From Blastocladiella emersonii ATCC 22665 (Eukaryota > Fungi > Blastocladiomycota), in contig JANHCV010000007.1 of assembly GCA_025594325.1 (NCBI GenBank), positions 930,001 through 994,000 of the forward strand: a stretch of 64,000 nt of DNA. The letters are read 5' to 3'. Of the stretch, positions 25,613-37,464 are shown piece by piece. Made by a program: the position numbers and the translations under genes. Every line of letters begins with the position of its first letter. The first letter of the stretch is position 1. The notes beneath the pieces were generated by a model. That model saw only the letters and a program-made list of their open reading frames with translations. It was not told where the DNA came from and searched no databases.

Positions 25613-27806
25613 TCACTGTTGCGGCGTAAACGTGAACCCGCTCGCTGCCGGTGCGACCGAGCTGTTGCCGAACCCGCCAAACGTCGCCTGCGTGGCGGGC
25701 GCGAACCCAGCGGCAGGAACCTGTGCGCCGCCGCCGAACGCTGGTGCTTGGCCGCCGAATGCCGAGGGCGCACCGGATGCGGGAGCACCGAAGGCAGAGG
25801 GCCCGCCGAAGGGCGACGGCGTCTCGGGCGTGTTGAAGGCGGCGGGAGCGCCGGCGGGCGCGCCGAACGGGGACGCGGCGGCGGCCGGAGCGCTGAAGGC
25901 GGATGGGGCGGACGCACCGAACGCGGACGGTGCAGCCGAGCCAAACGCGGATGGTGCAGTCGCGCCGAACGCGGATGGTGCAGTCGCGCCGAAAGCGGAC
26001 GGCGCAGCGGAAGCTGGAGCGCCAAACGCAGACGGTGCGCTAGCGCCGAACGTGGACGGAGCACCGGCAGCGGGCGCACCGGAAGCAGAGGGCGCTGCGG
26101 GAGCGCCAAAACCAGTCGGAGCCGCGGGCGCGCCGAACGCGCTCGGCGCAGCGGGAGCGCCGAATGCTGATGGCTGAGCCGGCACACCGAACCCGGACGG
26201 TGCAGCCGCTTGCGCAGCTGGCGGGAAGCCGAAGCCCGTCGACTGGCCAACAGCCGGCGCGCCGAACCCAGAACCAGCGCCGAAGCCCGAGGGCTGCGAG
26301 GGCGCGGGCCATGTACTCGGCGCGGGAGCAGGCTGTTCAGTCGCCGACGAGGATGAGAGCGAGGGGACGACCGGGGGCTTACTCGGGAGGACGTGGATGC
26401 GGCGGCCGTAGTGGACGTAGCCGCGGACGAGGTTGGCCGCGATCATGCTGGAGAGCCGCATGGCGGCGGCGTCCGTGGACTCGATGTCCGAGTCCCACGT
26501 GTCGCCGAGCAGCAGGTCAAAAGCGGTGGCGTGGTGCTTGAGGGACATGTACCGCGGCGTGGTGGTCCAGTTTGCGGCAAAGAGCTCGGCCCAGATCTTG
26601 GAGCTACACGGTGAAGAATGGTGAGCCGACGTTGAAAGGCAGTCTAATGCGAGCAAAAGTGCCTCTTAATCACGCAGAGTCGCATCATAGCGGCGAGCGG
26701 GCGCTCGTTGAGCATGCCGTAGACGCCGTGAGCGCGGAAGAACGGGGCGTGCGCGTCGAGTGCGTCCTCGAGCGCGGGGAAGTTGCACCCGCGAATGGCG
26801 TGAATGACGGGGACCCACGGCTCGGCGATGCCGTACCGCTGGAGCACGTCGAGCGACGGCGAGGCGCCGCTGCTGAGGCGGACGGTGATGAGCTGCGAGA
26901 GGAGCATCTGCAGGTTGCGCTGGCAGCGGCGCGACGAGTGGTAGAAGGCGAACTTGAGGTCGTCCTCGGCGTCCTGCAAGCGCCCAGTAACGAGGGACTG
27001 GCGGCCACGGAACGCGCGGAAGGCGACCTGAAGCGGCATGGGGTGCTGCTCGAGCGGGTACGACTGGAAGACGCGGTCCCAGTATTGCGTCGAGTTTGAT
27101 GTTGACGCCTGGGAGGAAGATTGCGTCAATGACCCGGTACAAGAGCCACGCGACACGAATAAAGCGTACCATGCGCGACATGGCAATCATCTGGCGGTGC
27201 AGGAGAGCAAAGACCGAGACCAACCGCTCGTGGTCAACCGTCGAGCGGTAGAAGATGATGAAGTCGCTACAGACGAGTGCAATGAGCACAATGCGACGTC
27301 GATCAAGACATGGAGCGTCGGCGTACCGGAAGAAGTCGGCGTACTGGGTGTAGATCGAGTCGTGGGTGGCCTCGTTCTGGCCCCACTTGGCGAGGAAGCC
27401 GAGGAACTGGTAGAGGACCTGGTGGACCTGCGTGGTACGGCCCGGGTACGAGACCTGCTCGAGGAGCGACGCGTAGTCGACCTGTAAAGCGGATCGACGG
27501 CGTGAGGGGAGCTCCTGGAGAGACGTAGTAGCGCGCCAGGCGACCCACCTTGTTCTGCGCGGACCCGAGGACGCGCGCGAGGTCGCCCAGCGGACCCGCT
27601 GACGCCTTGAGGTTGAAGAGCGAGGCCATGAGCGACACGTCGACGGCCTGGAAGGCGCGGTTGAGCTCGCCGATCAGCGCGGCGACCTGCGCCTCGGGCG
27701 ACGGCGCGGGGGGCGGGGCCGGTGCCGCCGCGAACCCGTTCATGGCTGGCGCGCTGAATGCATGGTGTTGTTGTAGGCCCGCAGCGGGCGGGAACGCAGT
27801 ATACAT
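25613..27806 (-). CDS. PCI-domain protein (Thp1/PCID2/Csn12-like) with a C-terminal FG-repeat tail
   Basis: Exon 26644-27186 reads QVAFRAFRGR...AF...NLQMLL..LITVRL..G..PS..VL.RY...GCNF..L..ALD....FF...GVY, which is a PCID2-type PCI region. The last exon has a winged-helix-like MIAANLVRGYV followed by about 20 FG motifs. ATG at 27806. Confidence 0.72.
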
Positions 27807-28044
27807 GGCTGGTCGGTCGAGGGCGGGGAGAGCGAGGGGCACGTCGGAGGGCTCACATCAGGTGATGCAGGTCGCGCGCGCTCGACGCAGAGCTCCGCGC
27901 CCGAAAGTTTGCGCCGCGGCCGCTCGCTCCCTCTCTCCGCGCCCCAGTCCCCACGCACTGCGAATGAAGGCTCCCGCTGCACCGCAGCCCACGTAACTCG
28001 CCGCAACTGGCCACACCCCGCCGCTACTGGCCCCCGATCGTGCC

Positions 28045-31000
28045 ATGGACCCGCAGGGGACCGGCGCGCCGCCCGCCGTCGCCGTCGCCGCCGGCCGGCC
28101 CATGACGGCCACGCAGGCCCAGCTCGCCCTCAACGGCCTCATCTCGACCTCGACTCCAGCTGCTGCCGCTACCGCCACCGCCACCACCAACCAGCCCATG
28201 CTCGCGGCGGGCGCACCCGTCGCCGCCCCGCAGCTCGCCACGCCCGCGCCGGCCTCCACGCTGCCGCTCGCTGCGCCGGCACCCGCGCCTGCACCTGCAC
28301 CCGCCCACGCACCCGCTCCACCGCCGCAGCAGCTGCCCGCCCCGCTCGAGCCCGCCGTCAACATGGCGTACCAGCCCATGCCCAACCCCGCCTTCAACCC
28401 GTACGCCCACCCGGCGGCCATGTGGCCCATGTTCATGCCGCCCGGTATAATGGCGCCCCAGGGATCGTACATGGCGGCGTTGCAGTACATGGCACAGCCG
28501 CAGATGCAGCAGCAACAACAACAACAACAACAACAACAGCAGCTCCAACCGCATGCCCCGCCGCCGGGCTTCACGTTCAACGGCTCGTTCCCGCAGCACC
28601 CCATGATGATGCAGCCCGCCTTTGCCATGAACTCGTCGTCGCCGGCGCCCGTTCCGGTACAGCACCAGCACCCGCAGCATCAGCAGCAGCGCTCGATCGC
28701 TCCCGTCCCCGCACCCGCACCGGCCGTCCAGTCGGCTGCGCACGCGCCTGCTGCCCCCGTTGTCCCTGCATCGGCTTCGGTCGCCGCCGTGATCCCGCCC
28801 GCGCCGACCCCGCTCCAGGCCGTGCTCCAGTCGCCACTGGCTCCGTCGCCGCCCGTCATTGCACCGCAAGTCCCCGCTCCGCGGCGCCCTGGCACGGCTC
28901 CCGCAACCCTCGGCCCGGTCGACGACTTTGCCGCGTCGCGCTCCCGCTCCCGCACTGCGACCGCCACCGCCGCTGCTGCTGTGTCGGGACCCTCCCTCGC
29001 CGAGCCGACGCCGCCCGCGTCCCACGACCCGTCCTCGTCGTCGTCGGCCGTCGGCGAGTCCTCGCTCTCGGCCGCGCCCACCGGTCCCATCACGGGCGCC
29101 GCCGCGACCGTCGCCGACACCCCGACGCTGTGCCACTGCGGCCAGCCCAGCGAGGACAACGTGATCCAGTGCAGCAAGTGCGAGTCGTGGGCGCACTTTG
29201 CCTGCGTGCAGATCCCGTACGAGTTCGTCGACGCCGTTGACAAGTTCTCGTGCGCGTCGTGCTCGGCGACCGGGCAGCCGAGCTACGACTGGAAGGGCGG
29301 CGTCGACCCGCGCCCGCCCGTCGTGCGGCGGTCGGCCCGCGCCACGCCGCGTGTCGACTACCTCGAGCTCGAGGAGCGCTCGCTCAGCCAGCTCAGCAAC
29401 AGCAACAACAACAACCGCGACCACGACCACTGGCTCGGTGTCATCAAGGGGTGCCGCGACGACGGGTTCATCCAGGCCAAGCAGCTCGAGGTCGTCCCCG
29501 GCAGCCGCGTCACGGCCACGCGCCTGCTCAACGACTTTGACGAGCCGTTCGCCGTCACCGACCCGATCGAGTCGTTTGGCATGACGCTCCCGCAGGGCTT
29601 CTCGGCGACGACTGTTGCGAACGCCATTGGTACGGCTTCAATCTCGCTCCCCTCGCGCTGCGACGACTCACCAACGCCTCCCACTCCCAAACCTAGGCCA
29701 GGACCACATCCTCGACGTCATCGACGTGCAGTCGCAAGAGTCCAAGTCCATGGCCATGCGCGACTGGATGCGGTACTTCAAGCACAAGCCGCGGCAGGAG
29801 ATCCTCAACCTCATCTCGCTCGAGTTCACAGGCACCCCGCTGCAGGAGGGCGTGCGCGCGCCGCTCGTCGTGCGCGATATCGACCTCATGGAGCGCCACT
29901 GGCCCGAGTACCTGCGCGCCGCCGGCGAGTTCCCCAAGGTCCAGCTCTACTGCCTCATGGGCACCGAGAAGTCGTACACCGACTTGTGCGTCTCCTGCGT
30001 GTTCGTTCGCTTGTTGCGAGATGGTCCACTGACATGATCCACGCATGGGACTGTAGCCACATCGACTTCGGCGGCACGTCCGTGTTCTACCACGTCATCT
30101 ACGGCGCCAAGATCTTCTACTTTATCCGGCCGACGCCGCGCAACCTCGCCCTGTACGAGCGGTTCACGGACGGCACGAAAAAGGTCGATTTCCTCGCGCG
30201 CGACGTGGACGAGTGCTGGGAGGTGCGCGTCGAGCCCGGCATGACCGTGTTCATCCCCGCCGGCTGGATCCACTGCGTCTACACGCCCGTCGACTCGCTC
30301 GTCGTCGGTGGGAACTACCTCCTGCCCACGTCCATAGCCACCCAGATCAAGATCCACGAGCTCGAGGTCCGCACCAAGGTCCCGCCGCGGTTCCGCTACG
30401 TACGTTTTCGCGTGTCGAATCTGCGCGCCGACCAGTCTTCTGACTTGTGCTGCGCGCATCGTAGCCGTTCTTTGTCGAGCTCATGTGGGCCACGGCGCAC
30501 CACTACAGCCGCGAGCTCGCGGCGCGCCCCGACACGGTCACCTGCGCGGTCGCCGAGCAGCTCCTGTACCTGGTCGCGTTCCTCGCCAAGACGCTCGCGC
30601 ATCGCTCGCACGTCGCCGCGACGGGCAAGCCGCTCGTCTCCCCGACCACATCCTCCTCGTCCGGCGACGACGAGTCCGAGCCCGACGAACCGCTCGACGA
30701 GGCCGACGCCATCGAGCGCAAGCAGCAGTACGCGCCGCCGCCCGCCTTTGTCACCGACGCCCTCACCGCCCCCGGCGGCGGCCGGGGCGACCCGCACGCC
30801 CTCCTGCGCAACGTCTACGACCGCGCCCTCGCCATCCTCGCCCACTGGGGCCGCCGCGTCCCCGCTGACGTCCAGGCCGCGTTCTGGTTCCCGCTCCACG
30901 CGCCGCTGTTCGACGGCGACCTCCCCGCGCTCACCGGGCCGCCGCCGCCCGTACGCACCTCGCTGCGCTCGCTCGAGCAGCCGCCGCGTGCTGGGACTAA

Positions 31001-33218
31001 GCGCTCTGCGACCGCTGCGGCGGCCGGGGCTGACGGCGGTACCGCCGCCGAACAGCCGGCCAAGAAGAAGGCCAAATCGGCTTCGTCCGCGCCGCGCCAG
31101 CCCAAGGCCAAGCCGAAGCCCCGCGCGAAACCTGTCCAGGTCGATATCCCGTCCTCGTCGCCGGCTTCCTCGGCCGCCGCGGCGGCAGCGGGCGACGACG
31201 AGGAGGACGTGGGCGGAGCGTCGGACGACTCGAGCGAGGGATACGTCCCCGCCGGCGCCGCGAAGCCGCGCGCAAAGAAGGCCAAGGCGAGCGCGGCCGG
31301 GCGCAAGGCCAAGTCCGCTGCCGCTCCAGCTGCGGCTTCGGGGACCGAGCCTGCTATCGAGCTGCCCGCGTCCGCGCCTCGGACCGCCGCCGAGAAGCCC
31401 AAGCCCGCGCCTCGCCGCAAGTCCAAGGCCAAGGTGGGCTCGACGGCCGCCGCGGCCGCCGCGGCCGCAGCCGCCGAGACCGCCAGCAGAAGTAGCAGCA
31501 GCAGCGCGTCCGCATCCACGTCGGGCGCACCTGTCGCCACCGCCGTCGACGACGACGCGCTGACACAGCTCGCCGCCGCGGCCCTCGATCCCGCGCGGTC
31601 CGCGGGCACGCCGCGCCTGCCGCCGGCCCAGCCCAAGCGGATCACCTCCGCCGAGGTCGAGAGCAGTAACACGCCCGAGGCGGGCGTAGCTGCCGGCGAC
31701 GCGCCGACGCAGCCTGCCGCCGCTGCGCTCGCCACCGCGGGATCGCCGCCACCCGCCGTCGGCGCGCGCCGCCGGCCGCCGACGCAGCCCAAGGGCCCGG
31801 CCTCGCACATCTCGGTGGTCGTGCCCATCACCCGGAGCCCGCTCCCGCTCCCGCTCCCGACCCTGCCCGTGGTTTCGCAGGCGCGCGTGTCGCAGGGCGT
31901 GGGCGAGGGCGAGCAGGCCCCCGCTGACGGTGATCGCGAGCCCGAGGACGACGCGGCCGGTTCCACCGCCGCCGCCGCCAAGACCAGCGTGGGCCCGCGC
32001 ACACTCGCGGTCATGCGGCGATTGGGCCAGCGGCGGCAGCGGTGCGCGGTCGACGACACCGAGGAGGATAGCGACATCGAGGAGGAGAACGCGGTTGCTG
32101 ACGCTGACGCGGCGCCCAAGGCTTCGGCACACTCGTCCTCGTCGTCGTCAGCTGCCGCGCCACGCCCGGTCGCGCGACCGGCGTCCGAGGGCAGCAGCTC
32201 GCCCTCAACCCCGCCGCGCTCCGCGCCCGACGCGTCCGCGCCCGACGAGTCGCCGCTGTCGTCGCCCGACGACGGGTTCGTGGCGACGCCGCAGCACAAG
32301 CAGCCGAAGCAGCGCAAGTCCGCCACCGCCGCCGCCGAGGAGGAGACGACGCCCGTCACGACGCGGACCCGCGTCATCATGTCGCCTTCGTCGTCGACGC
32401 AGAAGCAACAGCAGCAGCACACGCCGCGGCCCGCGGTCCGCCCGGACGCGCTGTCGCCGTTGCTCCCCGCGGCGCGTATCATCGGCTACTCGTCCGAGTC
32501 CGAGTCGCAGCCGGCCAACGGCGCCCGCGCGGACGAGATCGCCGATGAGCTGCCGGTTCCCGCACCCGCGGCTGGATCGGGCGACGCCGCCGAGCCAACG
32601 GCGACGACGACCAAGCCCGGTAAGCGCGGACGCGGTGCCGCTACCACCGCCGCCGCCGCCTCTGCCGCGGCCGGTCCCGCGGCGACCAAGCGCCGGCGCA
32701 AGGAGATCCCGCCGACGTCGCGCACCCTGCGCAGCGGCGTGACCCAGGCCGCCGTCCGGCCTGTCGCCCCTGCCGCCGCCGCCGCCGCCGAGGATGACGA
32801 GGAGCAGGTGTACGAGCTGGAGCCGCCGGTCGTCATCGACACCGTGCCGCTCCCCGTCGATCCCGCGGCGCAGGCGGAGCAGGAGCACGAGGAGCCACCG
32901 CGCCGGCCGACGCGGCAGCACCCCGAGCCGAAGCTCCTTGCGTTCGACATGTACGCGTCGCGCATGTCCGTGCGCACGCTCCCGGCCGGCATGAAGAGCC
33001 GCGCCGAGCTGTACGTGGCGCCCGTCGAGGCGACCGTCCCCGCAAATACAGCGGGGACCAAGGCCGCGACGGCGGCGCGGGCGGCCAGGGCCGCGGCCGC
33101 GGCTGCTGCTGCTGCTGCTGCGTCCGCGTCAGCGCCACCACCCGGCGTCTACCGGCCGCCCACGCCGGCTCCCACGGCCGCCGCGGCTACCAAGAAGACG
33201 AGGGCGAAGAAGGCGTGA
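28045..33218 (+). CDS. JHD1: PHD + JmjC histone demethylase (Jhd1/KDM2/PHF8 family) with long low-complexity termini
   Basis: PHD finger CHCGQ...IQCSKCESWAHFACV...FSCASC. The JmjC motif YTDFHIDFGGTSV is restored by splicing intron 29986-30056, and FIPAGWIHCVYTPVDSLVVGGNYL follows. Another intron at 29630-29696; polyQ near 28500. Confidence 0.88.
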
Positions 33219-33915
33219 GAGTTGAGCGCGCGACGCTTCTTAATCTATCTTGATACCGCGGAACAAAACATAATGTATGAAAAAAAGAAATCAGTCGTCA
33301 TCATCCACCTGCTGACTGCACACGTAGTCGTCATTGTCCTCGTCGTAGTAGTGACGGCGCTTTGCCCTGGCCTTCGGGGCAGCAAACCCTCCGACACTGC
33401 CGATCGCAGCGAGTGAGGGCGGTTGCGGCAGAAGAGGGAAGGGGTCTGCCTCGGCCTCGGCCTTGGGCGACACGACACGCTGGTGCTTGCGCGTGCAGGC
33501 GGGCGGGAGGACCTCCTTGAGCGGTCCGTCGGGCGGGTACTGGGCGGGGCGAGCCACACCGCGCGCCGGTCGGCGAACCGCGGGCAACGAGGGCGGGGTC
33601 AGGGCCGGCGGCGCACCGGACAAGGGCAGGACCGAGGCCGTGGTGGCGGCGGTGAACGAGAAGGCCGGCGCCACGTTGGTCGACGGGCGACGCGGCGCAG
33701 CAGCGGCGGACGACGACGAGGCCGGCGGCACGTTGGTCGAGGGTCGACGCGCCGCAGCGGCCGAGGCCGGCGGGACTGGCGCCACGTTGGTTGACGGGCG
33801 ACGCGGCGCAGCGGCGGTGAACGACGACGAGGCCAGCGCCACGTTGGTGTTGGCCGAGGCCGGCGGCGCACCGGACAAGGGCAGGACCAAGGCCGTGGCA
33901 GCGGCGGACGACGAC
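33000..33915 (+). repeat. Direct repeat copy 1 (JmjC 3' end plus orphan-gene 3' end); copy 2 at 53569-54484
   Basis: Base-for-base match at offset 20569, starting CGCGCCGAGCTGTACGTGG at 33000 and 53569. Confidence 0.92.
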
Positions 33916-35139
33916 GAGGCCGGCGCCACGTTGGTGTTGGCCGAGGCCAGCGGCGCACCGGACAAGGGCAGGACCAAGGCCGTGGCAGTGGTGGACGACG
34001 ACAAGGCCGCCGTGTCGTATCCCTTAAGGGATACAACATGGGCTGACCCACTGCCACTTGGGCTGACCAATTGCTTACCCCGAGCGGTCGGCGGCAGTCA
34101 CTCGGGGTAACCACGTGAGACCCAGTTGCTTACCCCGGGTGGTTAATAATATGTTGGATTCAAATGTCGTGTTCCCTTAGGGAACACGACACGTGGATGG
34201 AGGCTGAAGGCCGAAGCAGGTGGGCGGGAGGGTGGGTGGAAGGGAGGGGGCGAGTGGTTGAGGAGTGAGTCCCTGACCTGACCCCCGAGCCTGTCCCTAA
34301 CCAACCCCTTGGGCTGACCATTGCTTACCCCGAGCGGTTGGCGGCGGCCGGCGAGCGCAGCGAGACGAAGAGCAGCGCAGCTGCGGCTACCCACTGACAA
34401 AGTTCCCTGGTCTGGTCCCTGAGCACGGCTGCAAGTCGATCTGCGAGTTGATCTGCAAGACAAGTGTCACGGTTCAATGATCCGACGGCTCGGGCTGGTG
34501 GCGTGGGCTGGTGGCGCAGTCCCTCATAAGCCGAGCGTTGCCCTCGCTCTCCCTCTCTCTTGTCATTCGTGATACAATCCTTCATTATCCAGCTAGTCAT
34601 TCCTTGTGGCACAAGACCCTCCCCCTCGGCACCTTACACTTTGTATCACGAATGACAAGAGAGAGGGAGAGCGAGGGCAACGCTCGGCTTATGAGGGACT
34701 GCGCCACCAGCCCGCGCCACCAGCCCGAGCCGTCGGATCACTGAACCGTGACAACAAGTCCGAGAGCAGATCCCTGAGCCCGTCCCTGACCAACCACTCA
34801 GGCTGACCATTGCTTACCCCGAGCGGTCGGCGGCGGCCGGCGAGCGCAGCAAGACGAAGAGCAGCGCAGCTGCGGCTACCCACTGACAGAGTTCCCTGGT
34901 CTGGTCCCTGAGCACAGCTGCAAGTCGATCTGTGAGCAGTCCCCGAGCCAGTCCCCGAGCCAGTCCCTGACCACCTGCCGCGAGCGACTGCTATGAAGCC
35001 GTTCACCATAAAAGTTCCACTTTTCGCTCAAAAACAGGTAGGTATCTATATACACTGCCCCTTTTTGAGCGAAAAGTGGAACTTTTCAGAGACAAGAGGT
35101 CAGGGTACGGGGGGTCAGGGCAGGGGAGCGTCTTAGCAG
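33249..35139 (+). repeat. Left arm of 1891-bp inverted repeat
   Basis: Reverse complement of 49896-51786. The ends are colinear (coordinate sums are both 85035), and I spotted five substitutions. Confidence 0.95.
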
Positions 35140-35173
35140 GCAGCGTCTTAGCAGGCAGGAAGGCAGCGTGGCA

Positions 35174-35435
35174 GGTCATGGAGTGTCTGGGGTGCCAGGT
35201 CGGGGGTGCCGGGTCATGGAGGGTCTGGGGTGCCAGGTCTGGGGTGCCGGGTCATGGAGGGTCTGGGGTGCCAGGTCTGGGGTGCCGGGTCATGGAGGGT
35301 CTGGGGTGCCAGGTCTGGGGTGCCGGGTCATGGAGGGTCTGGGGTGGCCGGGTCATGGAGGGTCTGGGGTGCCAGGTCTGGGGTCACGCGGGGGGTCAGG
35401 CGGGGGGTCAGGCGGGGGGTCAGGCGGGGGGTCAC
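35174..35435 (+). repeat. G-rich tandem repeats (about five 38-bp units, then GGGGGGTCAGGC units)
   Basis: GGTCATGGAGGGTCTGGGGTGCCAGGTCTGGGGTGCCG recurs with a 38-bp period from 35174. Confidence 0.88.
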
Positions 35436-35819
35436 GTTGGGGGTGCCAGATCAGGGCCCTGTGCCTGAGGATTTAGCGCTAACCCTGGCCCTATAAGAAC
35501 CCCCCACTCCCCCTGCCCTGAGAGCTGCTCTTTGCCACTCACCATGAAAGCCATGTCACAGATTCACTGCCTCAAGCCCTACTCTGATTGTATAGGCCAT
35601 CTTTGCAATGCGCCCAACGCTCACAGTAGGCTTCTGGTATGGGTGCATGGCCGACATTGCAGGTGGCCACTTCCCTATTCCTTTGGCTTGGGATCTGCTG
35701 AGTCATCTGTATGTGCACAGCAATGACTTGGTTATCCCCTGTCTTGGTCTGGATCATGGGCGCTGCTTGGATTAGCTACCCATACAGTGCTCTTTGATTC
35801 ATTCCTATCTCTCTCTCTC

Positions 35820-35926
35820 TTTGGGTGTGTTGGCGCTGTGTGGTTCGATGAGTCTTTTGGGTGTGTTGGCGCTGTGTGGTTTGATGAGTCTTTTGGGTGT
35901 GTTTGGCGCTGTGTGGTTCGATGAGT
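35820..35926 (+). repeat. Three 36-bp tandem repeats
   Basis: TTTGGGTGTGTTGGCGCTGTGTGGTTCGATGAGTCT-type units, with TTGGG at 35821, 35857 and 35893. Confidence 0.88.
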
Positions 35927-36569
35927 ATTAGCAATGATGCCTGCTCCGTGTTGGAACTCTGATTAGTGGCTGGCCACCATGAAACGAGACCTCCAGCATG
36001 GAGCAGTCTGGGAGGCGCTTGGCCAACGCTTCCTGGACAGGGCGGAGCACCCCTTATTTCTACTTTATGTCAATGTCGTAGTGTGTCCTGTTGCTACGTC
36101 ATGCCAAGTGCGTTGAATGCGTTTGTCAATTTAAACTTTGTTGGACTACTGTAACTATGCAAGGCTGTATCAAAGAGATCGTCCCCCTGCCCAAGCTGCC
36201 ATGCGATCACTATGATGCTCCCAGCTGGGTCCATGACAATGAGCTGCTGTGGGTCCAAGTTGTGTACCCGTGCTGCGGGCACAAGTACACATACCGCAGG
36301 GTAGTCTGAGAGCGACCAGTAAAGGCTTCAAGGTAGCTAACCAAGTTAACTTGAAGGATCTATTCAAAGCAGACAGTGTACACAACCTTGGCACCTGGCA
36401 GGGCCGCGTCGCGGATGGCCGTGTAGTTGGCTGTCGACTGGGGGCCCGGACGGCCAGTCCAAGGGATGCTCGTGGAAGGTGCGCGGGGCGTTGATGCAGT
36501 AGAGCCAGTATTCATTGTCCTGTGTCTTACTATGCCTTTGCAGAAAGAATTTAAAGCACATGTCGTTGC

Positions 36570-36671
36570 TTACTCTACGGCGCGGAATACTTTGCTTGTG
36601 TACCCAACAATGGCCAGGTTGGCTACATGGATCAGGGCGTTGGTGGCAACAAGGAGCGTCTCGAGGATCAT
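36570..36671 (-). CDS. Putative 33-aa hydrophobic viral microprotein
   Basis: MILETLLVATNALIHVANLAIVGYTSKVFRAVE*, preceded by the same TTGTTG-N-TAAAC-ATG motif seen before the other element genes. Confidence 0.4.
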   Translation of the reverse strand: MILETLLVATNALIHVANLAIVGYTSKVFRAVE

Positions 36672-36702
36672 GTTTACAGTACAACAACAATTAAAGTCAA
36701 CG

Positions 36703-37446
36703 TCAGATGAACGCGAGCTCAACGTAGAAGGGTTGGCCAAGAAAGTCGACAGAGCGCAGGTTCTCGTCTACCACGTCAATGTCAACACAGTCAATCTGCT
36801 GGGCCTGTCCCTGCGCGTCAAAGCAAAAGTAGTCACCCATGTGTGGTCGATGCTCGAACCAGCTGCCAAAGGGTTGCGTGACGTGGATGCTACAAAGTAC
36901 GCCGTTGTCTTGTGGGTACGTGCTGTACATGTTGTCCGCGAGCCGGGTGCCAAGGTTGCGCGAGTAGACGTGAAGCAGGTTGATGGGCGAGATGTTGACC
37001 AGCGCCGACGCGTACTGGACCTTGCTGTAGCCATACGCTCCAACAAAGCCCATGTGGACGTTCAGCAACGCCGTCCCTGTTCCAATTGTAAAGTTGACCG
37101 TGTCATTGGCCAGGCGCATCTTCTGGGTAGTCGAGTCAACCTGGACGTCCCATGTGCCCTGCCAGAGGTACGCTGAGGGCGCGTTGTTGAGCAGGCTCTT
37201 GAGCGTGGCCGTGAACGTCTTGACTGTGTAGTTGCCATCAGGGACGGTGATGGTGCCTGGGAACGTCAGCGCGCCATGGCTCTGGGTCAGGTACACTTTG
37301 TTGGCCTTGGAGTTGACCGTGTGCCAGCTGTTGCAGAGGTACGCCGAGTTGACCTTGACGCCACGCACGGACAGGGGTCGTGGTAGGTACAGGATGCCGT
37401 TCTTGAGGTCGCGGCTGCAGATGGTCAGCGTCTTGTACTCGGACAT
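36703..37446 (-). CDS. Minor capsid protein (penton, single jelly-roll) of the Polinton-like virus
   Basis: 247 aa. VNSAYLCNSWHTVNSKANK...ITVPDGNYT resembles PLV/virophage penton motifs, and the C-terminus is DIDVVDEN...VDFLG. It lies next to the MCP. Confidence 0.7.
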   Translation of the reverse strand: MSEYKTLTICSRDLKNGILYLPRPLSVRGVKVNSAYLCNSWHTVNSKANKVYLTQSHGALTFPGTITVPDGNYTVKTFTATLKSLLNNAPSAYLWQGTWDVQVDSTTQKMRLANDTVNFTIGTGTALLNVHMGFVGAYGYSKVQYASALVNISPINLLHVYSRNLGTRLADNMYSTYPQDNGVLCSIHVTQPFGSWFEHRPHMGDYFCFDAQGQAQQIDCVDIDVVDENLRSVDFLGQPFYVELAFI

Positions 37447-37464
37447 TTAAACAAAGACAACAAT

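Noticed and set aside
33291-34114. Functional genes in the outer inverted-repeat arms (259-aa, 215-aa and 171-aa ORFs and their mirrors at 50921-51744)
   Set aside because: They are 5'-truncated copies of the 53860-55155 ORF or its alternative frames, starting from non-ATG codons inside the viral repeat.
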